From contig ADNK01000619.1 of NCBI GenBank assembly GCA_000320545.1, positions 9,067-73,066 on the forward strand: DNA of 64,000 bases, written 5' to 3'. Under the pieces are notes generated by a model, which was not told the origin of the DNA, searched no databases, and worked only from the letters and a program-made list of their open reading frames with translations. Both the position numbers and the translations under genes were made by a program. Below, piece by piece: positions 1 through 11,280 of the stretch. Numbering within the stretch: the first letter of the stretch is position 1; each line of letters opens with the position of its first letter. Source of the DNA: Bigelowiella natans CCMP2755. Taxonomy: Eukaryota > Protista > Cercozoa.

Positions 1-30
1 ACATGCCAAATGACGAGCATTTTCTTTTTG

Positions 31-1024
31 CTAATCCTTCCGTTTTCTCATTTTTAACTTGAGATTCATCGGGCGTATGGGCATGACAAGATTGTAACCA
101 GTTGCAACCTTTCCTGCACCATCTTTGAATTCCTGAGTAAAAATGATGAAAACTGTTACAAGCGGCACAAAAACTGCATGGACAACACAGGGCGAGAACC
201 AAGGAGTATTTGCTCAAAAGGTTCGTCACAAAAGTCTTGGCAATACAGCCACTTATCTGACAATTATACACCACATAAGGTCATTCCCAACAAGTAAAAT
301 TTGTCAGAGTAATGTCACCATGGAGCCTGGGCATGATCTTGATCCAATTCCAAAGGGAATGAAGGGTTTCTTTTGCTCCATAAATTTATTGGATGAATTG
401 GATGAGGAAAACTCTTTCGCTGCCAGCCCATTCTTGGAGAGGAATCTTCGGTAGTCGAAGGAATTTGGATTTTCGTAGTAGTGCTTGGATCGATGGACAA
501 AGTGCATGTTAGTCATGAAGTCTGAATCCTGTGAATACCAAATGGTGTAATGCTTCAATTGTAAATACAACAAAAAATTTAGTTAGTTAAAATTACTGCT
601 AGACCTTGGGGATATTGTAACGCAGAAGTTGTTGAGGGACCATAGTCATTCTTCCAACATGCACCGGTGCGTACATCCTCAAGGTTTCTATAACCGTAGG
701 CCTTTAGCCGAATGCTTGATTTTAGTAAATGTGTATGTAGCAACGACCTTTATAGACTGCGTCAAGGATAGGAAGCTTCGTAATCTGCTTAAAATTAACT
801 GTAGAAGCAGCCTTGATTTCCCTTGCCATTGCACTTTGCATCTTCAAATAAGAGTAAAAAGTGGTCTTTCAGGACCAAATGTTGATTTAATTTGTAAGCC
901 AGGTTGATACCTCTTTATCTTGTGCAATGTGAAACAGCATCCAGCATACGATGTCTGTAAGTGGCCCTATCCTGATTGATGACAGGTTTAAGCTGACTAG
1001 TCTAACGATATATACATATTTATT

Positions 1025-1061
<37 letters not shown>

Positions 1062-1069
1062 GTATTTAT

Positions 1070-1108
<39 letters not shown>

Positions 1109-2647
1109 AAAGCTTGTGATCCAGACCCGACAAACAGCATCTTCATACATAGGTCAATCTTCAGCTCTATGCTTTCTCTCTTAGCTTCATGAAGTAAAGC
1201 CCATTCATTATCACAATCAACGCGCTTCTTGGCCTGAAATATCAAATTTTTGGTTGATATTTGAAGCTTTGCAATAAGCAACCCAATACCTCAAATTCGT
1301 TGATCAGACTCCTCAAATGATTTCTAAGTCTCCATACTGTGAATCGGTAGTAAACCGTAGATGGAAGTGGCAAGTACTTTGCAAAGGGGAACATATTTAT
1401 CAGCAAACTGGCAAATTGGTCAACCTGATTGTTGTTGTAGGATCATCTAAGTAAGATAACGATTCTAACTTATGACCAAGCGGCCCACCTCTGCGTAAAA
1501 TCTTGTCTTGCAACACATAATCGTATGTTCACTCCAAGAGACTTTCCCAAAGATTAAAGTCAGTCTTACCTTCCACCTGAGTTTTGGTAACGGTATTTTG
1601 ATGATCGAAAGTTTCTAAATCAATCCTCTAAGTATTTCTACATAACTTTTTCTACATTGCGGATGAATAACATCTCCCTGTGTATGCCTTTGACACCACC
1701 CCCGCTCCCATTCTATTAGTTCTGAAATCGAATTTCAATACCAAAAATCTCTGAGCGCTTCGGAAGTATCCGTCTCGTCTTTATCCTTTTGACTAAATTC
1801 CCTTAGACAATAAGTGGAGTTCTTAAAAATTACTATTAGTGATTCCGCAGAAATAGCTTAAGTAGTTCTACCTTTGACCAAATTCGTCGAAAAGATCATT
1901 TAGGATTTGGAATAGATTGAGCGAAGTATCATCGATGGAGCTGCTTACCTAATATATTTAACAAGAGCTTTTGTTTGTATCACTACGTTGAAATTTATTA
2001 AAGATTTACTTTTCTTTCCAATTTGAGCAATTTTGGAGAAAAGGCTCCAACGAGAGGGTTCTGTACAGAGAAACAAGTAAGAATTATATCTTTCAAGCGC
2101 TGGCTAAAGCCATTTACCTGCACACCATTTGCGTGAAGTTTCCGTTGCGGGACTCCTGTGAGGATCTTTCAAACGGAGTGTTAGAATGACATTGATATGG
2201 AGGTATTGATGCTTAGTAAACCTTGCACAGTAACTCCGGTGAATTTGCAATAATGAACTGAAATTGAGGTTTAGGATGTGAGCGGGGAAGTGATGAACGA
2301 TTTTGCAAATTAATGAAAACCGGTTTTCCTGCAGGACTTCGGAGAGCTGCTAATCCGTTGTTTTCATCAAGGAAACTTGTGATTTTTATGAGAATATCCT
2401 CGAAGTTTCCTGAAGAGTCGTAAATTAATTCCCGAGCCAAATTAGTGAAGGAAGTGACCTCTAATAATGTCCAGCGGAGAGATCCAGGTAGTGGGAATGC
2501 CTGTTTTAGTGATTCTTTGATCTAGATAGTACCAACGGCCTGCGATCGTATTCCGTAAATATCAGAAGACCGTAACTGCAGCAACGTATTAGATCGACCT
2601 GCTGCTGCAGCAACGACTGCTGTCACAACAGCGAATATTAGCAGCAT
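31..2647 (-). CDS. Cytochrome P450, multi-exon, with atypical I-helix
   Basis: N-terminal signal anchor MLLIFAVVTAVVAAAAG from ATG 2647; K-helix ExxR as IETLRMYAPV (~665-695); meander NPNSFDYRRF; heme motif PFGIGSRSCPG (~325-360); last exon ends ...KMRKRKD* at 31-33; short GT-AG introns. Confidence 0.92.
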
Positions 2648-2927
2648 AGGTGCCACCAGCTGACAAATGGAAGGTAGAGCTACATATCAGATAGTGGACA
2701 AGTGGTCACAATACAGAAGTAAATCGCGGTTAGAGTGCCAATACATGGAAACTCTGCACTGCCAGTCCAGTAAACACCCCCCCCTGCAGACAACGTCGAA
2801 CTGTGTGGAGTCCGGATGAATCAAAAAGTTGGTTTGGGATATTTTATTTCCTTGTCGCTGTACTTGAATCCCCAAGCAAAGAAAGAAAGAAAGAATATGT
2901 ACGAGTAAGATCTGGGAGAATGAGATA

Positions 2928-2935
2928 ACAACAAC

Positions 2936-3019
<84 letters not shown>
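2928..3019 (+). repeat. (CAA)n microsatellite in a divergent promoter, flanked by an imperfect ~19-bp direct repeat
   Basis: About 30 CAA units; flanks CGAGTAAGATCTGGGAGAA (2902-2920) and CGAGTAGATCTAGGAGAA (3021-3038). Confidence 0.95.
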
Positions 3020-3074
3020 CCGAGTAGATCTAGGAGAAAATCATCGGATTTTTATCCGAGGAGAGCACAGTGAT

Positions 3075-3906
3075 ATGTTGGGTTTCCAAGCTGTTTGTCT
3101 CCTTATCGTAAGTATAAAATCACTGTGATTTTAGGGTAGAGACAATACCAGAACCTCCCTCTGGACTGGCGTTCGGCACTGCACATAGCTGAGCTGGAAC
3201 GTCGACCAGCGTGGTGTCTGGGGGAGGAGGAGGAGGAGGAGGAGGAGGAGGACGTCTCGAACGCATCTTTAGGGAAAGAGGCAACTCCGAAGGACAACCT
3301 CATCATTGATCTTCCTCCCTCGATCTCTTCCTCTCGTTTCATCATTGGGAGTAATCTTCGTGCAAACCATCCGAATCATCATCCTTAAATAAAGCACTGC
3401 CTTTCTAGATGTTTTTCCTCGTCGCTCTGGAAATCCTGCTTGAAGTTACGATTGTGAACACCCAACATCCCCCCCGCAACTTTAAGCATCATCAGCAATG
3501 GAAAGGACCAAATTTGTGCTCGGCAGGTGCAGATAAATGCAACTCGAGCTCATTCGTAGCCATGACTGCTTCCCTGAGCAGTGGGAGGAGGGGGAGGAGA
3601 AGTTGGCCGTCATCGCAGAATGGTGCTATTGCTTCTAGTGATATCACAGGATCCCTGTCTCCTTCAGAAGACAGCAACAGTGAACATGTGGAGTATTCGT
3701 TAGCTTTTCACGCAGCAGAAAACGCCCTCTTCTTCCTCCAAGAAGGAAGGGTCGTTGAGATGTTCTACGTTGAGGAGGAGAATACCTTTAAGGTGGTGGT
3801 GGTGGTGACATTTTAAATTTTTTTGACTCTCGAACGAGCCCCCCTCTTCCATCTAATGAAAAATGTTTCTTTGCAGTATCGATTACTCTTCAATGGCTCG
3901 TGTAGT

Positions 3907-3965
<59 letters not shown>

Positions 3966-4998
3966 TAGTAGTAGTAGTCTGGAAGGCTGGTCGATAAGAG
4001 CACAAACACCATATAAAATATGCTCAACGCCTAAATTTCGGTCGATCCGAGCATCGAATTATCCGAATTCGAAGTATGCACTCCTCGCTCTCGAAAGCAG
4101 TGGTCCAGGAAGAAGATTATTCTCCAGGTGTTCTGTGGATGGTGATCGGGTAGATTGTAGCGCTGTTAGCATTGGCAGCAGTGCAACGTACATCTCTGGA
4201 GACTGTGAAAGCGAATGGCTGCCAATTGACTTTGGCATCCTTCCAAGCGACTTTTCCGAGCCAATACTGCCATCGTCCAAGTGTGACTGCGTCTATTTCC
4301 TCTCGAAAAGCGGTTCTGTTCTCATCAGACGAGCCAATCATGGCCAATTTGGCGAGTGGAAGCGCTGGGCTGTTCCAAAGAGCATTCGATTAAAAACTCT
4401 AACGGTCAGGACTAACGTTGAATAACTACAACGCAATACATTCGTCCAAGTACAATAAAGCTAGTTGGTGGTGTCAATGGTTCTTGAACATGATAATTAC
4501 GTATCCGCTACCTAAATTTGTACTACCTGTATTTGTGCTGTGTGTTGACGTGTTCGTGTTTGGACCGTCTTCCTCCTCCCCCTCCCCCCCTTTCCCCCTT
4601 CCTCGTCTTGTGTGCTTGCTCCCTTACAGGATGTACATTCTGTAAAGGACTCGTCTGTATTCGGTATCTCAGCAGAAGGAGATCTTATCGAGTTCAATGA
4701 GAATGGGAAGAATTTGCGGCGCACGTGGCGGAATCATAAGCATCCGCCTGGAAACAATCGGCTTGCGCCTTTTGAAGGACTTGCATTTGTCAGCCCTTTT
4801 GTTGATGAGACAACAGCCACGAGGGAAGTTTCGATATTTCTACTCAGCAGAGGGGGGGACCTCGTTGAGTTTCGCAGCGGTAGCAACCACGCAAACGCAC
4901 ACATGCACACATAAACATGCATGTGCATAATTCATATCTGATCACGCATATATGCAGTGAATAGAGCAACAAAGAAAATATCTCGATAAATATGTACA

Positions 4999-5069
<71 letters not shown>

Positions 5070-6336
5070 ACATATATAAAATGGGCAATCATAATCAATC
5101 ATTGATGGATGAGCTTCATATCAGTCTCCTAATTCCTTATCAATGACTTCAACAATTAACAATATGTCGTTCATTCTTGTAAGGGGGAGCTTCCTCCTCC
5201 TCCTCCTCCTCCTCCTCCTCCTCCTCCTTCTTAGCAGGACATTGGATCAAACATGGGAAACCTAGCGGCAAAGCTGCGAAACTGTCATCTCCAGTTGTAG
5301 GCATGATAGCAGGCAGCGCTTTGAGAGTCTTCGCAACCTCTACTGAAGGCCACGTTTACGAATGGCGGGTTCTCACCACCCCGCCCCCATTCGTTTTTGT
5401 CCTCTTTTTTGTAAATCTGTTTTTCTAACTAAACATACTCTCAAACATGTGCCACATATATTTGTATTTTGGCTTCAACACCCGTGGGCTGCGTATCCCC
5501 CCTATTATTCTCGGGCTGAAAGCTATGATTATTCATCCTTTTCCCCCCCCCCCCCCCCCTCCTCCTCCTGTCTCCAGATGCCATCCTTCAATCTTGAACA
5601 GCGACGTTCAGCAAACAGGCTTAGTAATTATCCGATGTTCCGCAGCACCTGGATAGACCACAAACACCCGAGAATAAGGAGAGATGGTGATGATGATGCT
5701 GATGGTGGTGCTGGTGGTGGTAAGAGCAGACGCGGAAGAATATCTCGTGCAGCGCTCAGCATAAATAAGTTTGGCATATTTGCGAAAACTGCTGGCGGAG
5801 AGCTCGCAAGGCTGAACATTAAGAGTCAAAGACTGGCCAAACTAAAGGTGGTGGTGGTGGTGGTGGTGGTGGTGACCTTCTTAGTTTCTATTTATTACTC
5901 AAGTGTGAGGTATTCGCGGTGATGAGGGCGAGTTGAAACTCACCCATGATACAAATTGATAGATGACAACAAATGTGGTCATTTTATGCTACATTCACTT
6001 CCGTGTTCCTTGGATATATGACGCTCAGGTGACATCTAGTGAGACGACAACGTTCGCCGTTGTTCCCAAAGAAGAGTATTGGGAGTGGGTAATACATGCG
6101 CTCCCCAAGGAGATTGGTGGGGAGGGAACGACGAATCTTGCGCCACAATGTCCCGATATTCGTGAAAATGAAGGTAGAGTGCTTTCGAATATTATGCATT
6201 AATGATTCTGGTGAGGAAAAATAATAATAGGAATATATGATATGCGGCAGGAAACGATAACGCGCTGAACGATGATGCTGATGATTCCCATAATTGTCGC
6301 TATTTCATGCCAGAACAAGTTCAAATATGTGAATAA
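3075..6336 (+). CDS. Putative secreted repeat protein with W-x-x-H-x-x-P blades (fucose-lectin/tectonin-like beta-propeller candidate)
   Basis: Hydrophobic start MLGFQAVCLLI; recurring segments such as VFGISAEGDLIEF..WRNHKHP, IFLLSRGGDLVEF, WIKHGKP..VFATSTEGHVYE, WIDHKHP..IFAKTAGGELARL, WVIHALP; last exon ends QVQICE* at 6336. Internal exon phases not fully resolved. Confidence 0.7.
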
Positions 6337-7293
6337 CATTTGAAATTATTACGTACGTTAATTGATCCAACGCACATTCTAAAGTATTGCTACGTTGCAT
6401 TGTCTATCAACAAGATGGGTACGTATGAGTATTTATATTCATGGGTATCGAAGCAATTTTGCTGTGCGCTTATTCCATTTTGCTTCGATATATCTATTCT
6501 GCGAACATGGTGCTGCTAGCTAAGTAATGAGCTGTACGCATTCATGATGCCATCTGGTATTGTAGTGTGACGGACTATATAGCTTCACTATCGCCGCATG
6601 CTGAACGGGTACGTAAAATACATGTAGACTTGACACATGGTCTCACTTTGATTGTCGGCGAGCTTCTTTGCGTATCAGCACACGGCACAGCAACACGTAC
6701 TGCACGTCATGAGCAAACAGTTATTACAGTCAGCTTACACGCGTGGCTGGCGGATACATTGTTAGATTGGTCTCATCGGTTGACACTGATAGCCTGCTGT
6801 GCCGCATGAGTGCACGGCAAAGTGGGGGACCGCGACGAAGCACGTGTGATGATGGCATGGCAGCTATAACCTGTTTCTGAGCGCTTGTCGTGCCAGCAGG
6901 TTTGCATGTGCCAGCATGCATTGTGCATTGCCGCCCCAAAGATCCATAACGTAGCGTGCACGAACCCAGTATGATGCATCCCAATCGCCGTCACGATATT
7001 GTAATGAAGGTTTAAAGCATGCTAACAATAAGTAGTAGTAGCAGTATTGAACAAATAGCGGCGCTACTTATTTGGCAGCTGTCATGGAAATTTCGTGCAG
7101 TTCATGAGCGCTCCCTGAGCCATATGCACTATACGCCTCGCACAGTAGAAATTTGAAATTTCAATGATGTGACAACGTTCGATTCCCAGCAGTACCACTT
7201 TCAACTCAGGCTGCAGCAACGTTATTCTAAGCCTTAACCCACGGCTTGCACGATCAAAAAGCTTCTGCAAGTTCACTTTCATCACATGTTTAA

Positions 7294-7408
7294 TCAGTTG
7301 TTGCCGACATTTGTCTCGTGGATGTATGCAGTCCCTAAGATTAATTTTGAATTAGCGAAATAACGAAGGAGAGGAGTCACGTTGAGAGAAAAAGTAGTAG
7401 CAGTAGCA

Positions 7409-7446
<38 letters not shown>

Positions 7447-8620
7447 TGCATTACAGGAAGATAAAAGCATACACACGACACTAACAGATACCGAATTTCA
7501 AAGAAACGCGCATTATTCCTGCTGCGTCCTTAGAGTCTGCCTTTCCTGCGGGGGGGAACAAGGGAGAGTTTGCCACACCAATCATGCACTGATACTAATG
7601 GTAGTTGTAGAAGTGTAGCTTTCGTCTCTCTGTATCTATCTCTCTCTTTCTAATTTCGTCAGAGCAACTTGGTTACCCCGCCCATATACTGGTTACCCCG
7701 GCCACATACAGAATCTTTCTTTCAATAATCATCATCATCGTCGTCGTCACATGCACTAGCAGCAATAGCAGCAGTAGCAGCAGTAGCAGCAGCATCTTCA
7801 TCTTAAACAAAGCTTCTCGTTACTGCAGGATGATATGATGGGTAGCGCTAACCTTCTCCATACGCAGTATTGACAGTGTTCGCAAGCTTGAACTAAGGAA
7901 AGCAAATAGATAACAGCACATGCCAGATCAGCCAACATGCGTTGACCGCACTTTGATATTAGTCATAACAGCTACCACACCACCACCACCTTTGCAGAAT
8001 GGGGAGGAAGATATCCTCGTCCGTATGGCAGCTCAACAACAGCCATATCGTTATCTGGAGGGTGGGGCAGAGAGAACAAAGAAACGCGGAGGAGAGAAAA
8101 ATAGAGAGAGAAAAGTAGTGTTAAAGACGCATTGCAGGTAGATTTGACGAAGGCGTTCTCCCCTCCTCCTCCTCCTCTTTCGGTTGCAAAGGAAATTGGA
8201 TCTTCTTGTTGTCTTGCTATTCTCATTACTTAATCCAACGAGGGTTCCTTTCCCGTATGGCGTGATTATCTGATAGGAAAAATAGTTGCTCAGCATTTTA
8301 TGCAGTAGGTATGTTTCAGGTAGCAGCACAATCTGTCTATTACCCAACGGATAGCTCAACTAAGCTGCTATATTATATATTGAATATGAACTGCAGCTCT
8401 CCTCCTCCTCCTCCTTCTTCTTCTTCTTCTTCTTCTACTACTACTACTACCTCGTTTACATTTGTCCTATGGACATATGCTATGCCTGGGTTATAATAAT
8501 GGTTAATAATCACATGTAGTAAGAAGAAGGAAGGAGGAGGAGGATATGCTCATTGTTGCACAGATGGTTGATTTGATAGCTGGTGTCTGCTGTTGTGGGG
8601 TAGTCGGCCCATCAAAGGAG

Positions 8621-8658
<38 letters not shown>

Positions 8659-10037
8659 GGTGGTGGTCCAACTCTCCTACCGAATTTGAGCTGCACTCTC
8701 ACCATTCCACCAGCGTCCTCTCCAAGACAGAGTCCCTGATTAAGACGAAAGAACAAAATGATCGCAGGATGGGTGCATGCTCAGTGGCCTTCTTCGCGTA
8801 CTAATCGTAGTGGTAGCGGTCGTATTGAGAATGTATACTACGAACTGACGACTACTTCAACTTCTACTGCAACAACGACAACTACTACCACTAGTACTCT
8901 TGCTACTGTTATTACTTCCACTACTACTACTACTACCTTGCCGTACGATGTAGCTACTGGCATGGATGTTACTTTGCGCTGTAACATACATGTTGCCAAA
9001 TTACGTAGTATTCAATCAAAAATTGTCATATTTTAGAATAACGATATGCCTATCACCATTGTTATTCTCGCCACTATCACCACTACCATCTTCCCATGAC
9101 AAGAAACACGTAACTTAAACGTGTTTAGTCTAAGCCTCGAATACGAATCGGTAATTTTCCTTCTTCTATCTCTCTCCTATCAACTCCTCATTTGCTATGC
9201 GGTGCTGGCAGCACCTGCACGGTATGGGTTGGCATGTAGCCGACACCGTAAGGAAGCTGTACAACGGCCATTCCATCTCCTAAATAATAAGATTAAGCAA
9301 TCAATCAACATCCTGCTAGGGGCTACTTGTTGCAGGGATCGCTGTGGAAATATCATTTTGGATTTAATGCGGCTCCACATTTAGTGAATTAAGGAAACGA
9401 GTTGCTTTGACCATGCACGAGCAGAAGCAGAAAATCTCATATTGAAATATGCGGAAGACCGAGAGGTTTGTCACTAGAATTCATTGTGGTAGATATTACT
9501 AGCGTAGTCGCACAAGCCTTCACCGTAAGGGGTGCTAACCTAGGAATAGAGTTGACAAAACAGGATTAAACATTCACGACGGCACGTTAGAATCGCGCCA
9601 TCATATTTTCTATTCGAATGATGACGTAATAGAATTTTTGAACCATCATTATTTACAGAACTGACTGAATTTGGGTGAGGATGTCGTCTGCGTATCTATG
9701 AGTGAGTGTGAGCCAAGGCACAACACGTGATTTGTATACCGGCTTCGAGTACATACTTCCGCCATTCACATTAGATTCATGGATGTATGCAGTTCCTGAC
9801 CAAAGTTTGATACGAGGATATGATGTGGTAGATCTATTTAGGAAATTTGCGACAAGATTTCTCTTCAAAAGAGATGAACTTCTTCGTATCTGTGCTAGTA
9901 CCAAAAGGGAGGACTACGGTGAGCATTCCTGCTGCATCTTTCGAAGTTGCTTTACCTACAAATAAGTATTAAATTTGCAACTACTCTTCTGCAACAGATG
10001 AGATGCCAGATAAACCTGCTTCTAATATTGTATTTTG

Positions 10038-10078
<41 letters not shown>

Positions 10079-10541
10079 CTACTCCTACTCCTACTACTAC
10101 CCTCTCCATAGCTTGTCATCACAAGCTTTTCTTCCATGCATACCTGAACATATTTAAAAGCAGAGAGGTTGAATTAGTTGAGCTGGTACAGTAGGCTAAT
10201 ATAATTTACTCTTGCAGTTTGAGTTGGCATGTAGCCAATGCCGTATGGCAGGGACACACTCGCCATTCCATCAGCTAAAACACACAGTTCAACACCAAAC
10301 AAGAAGTTAGTAAACCAGCATCAACTTATCCGTCCCCAGGTCCTCTGGCATTCAATTCGTACGTTAACTTTTGTTTTGTCTCTCACCTACGAATTTGAGG
10401 TAACCGGATCCGTACGGAGTCTGAACTGTCTGTAAGAATTCACGGAGGCAGCACACAGATTCAATCAACAAGTGTGAGAGCATTTAACAAGCTGGTAGAT
10501 CTCTTGAACAAATTTAGAGCTCTCCGAATGAATTTCATCAT
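7294..10541 (-). CDS. Uncharacterised protein built of six tandem ~45-aa TPYGxG...GMxxVxLP(Y/F)G repeats (three A-B pairs)
   Basis: Spliced exons give QTPYGSG..DGMASVSLPYGIGYMP, TSYGEGKATSKDAAGMLTVVLPFGTAYIHESNV, STPYGEG..DGMAVVQLPYGVGYMP, TSYGKGLCLGEDAGGMVRVQLKFGIAYVHRTNV, ITPYGKG..DMAVVELPYGRGYLP, TAYGEGKADSKDAAGIMRVSLKFGTAYIHETNVGNN*. Confidence 0.8.
7670..7709 (+). repeat. 20-bp tandem duplication in an intron
   Basis: TGGTTACCCCGCCCATATAC then TGGTTACCCCGGCCACATAC. Confidence 0.85.
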
Positions 10542-10722
10542 TTGGATATTCCTATAGCTTTAGTCAATTCTCTCCCTTATCTACTTCACTGTGTACACAT
10601 GTATGCGTTGGGGGGGTTGCGTACCATTGCCACTGGTACACACTCGCGGTGATTGAGAAATTGCTGCCCGTTTCAGACATAAACGGTCTTCATGGCAGTT
10701 TCAGCCTTATTTTCGGTAAGCA

Positions 10723-10742
10723 ATTTTGTGACGTCACAAAAT
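10723..10742. promoter_or_regulatory. Perfect 20-bp palindrome containing a CRE/ATF-type TGACGTCA site in a divergent promoter
   Basis: ATTTTGTGACGTCACAAAAT lies between the starts at 10541 (-) and 11281 (+). Confidence 0.5.
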
Positions 10743-11280
10743 AGGCCTGTAATTTCGACAAAAATATATGTACATTTTATGTCATTCACACTTCAAAGGA
10801 TTTTCGACTCCGAATGTCGAGAGAGGGAAATTCGTCTGAGATTCACCGAGATACACCTAAAATCTATCTGACTGTTTTGTCTCAAAGTAGGAATCCACTG
10901 CGTTTGGCTTTTATGAGCACGTTCTTCTGGAAGCGCTGAGGCCACGTATCACGTCAGCTGAGATCCTGGATTTTGCAAGTACGTCCACGTGCATAGTAGT
11001 CTAATATCAGATACAGCGACAACAATGATTTCCATGTCGCTCTTTAAAAAAGGGGCCTAGTATTACATCGCGTCGTCACACATACATGTAGTACCTCCTC
11101 CATGTCTGTATTCGGGTAATAAATGCACACAGTGCTGTACGACGATGAAAAAACAGTGTTCTTCTGCTTCTTCGGGTGCCCCTTGCGCTGATCGATACTG
11201 GAGAGCCTAAACAGAGTCGCCCATTCGCTTTTGCCAAATAAGAGTTAGGTATTATTGGTTACAAGTGAGAAGGCAGGAGG

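Noticed and set aside
7082-7285. 67-aa ORF as a continuation of the repeat protein
   Set aside because: The repeat protein stops at 7294 and this ORF has no repeat motif; probably 3'UTR.
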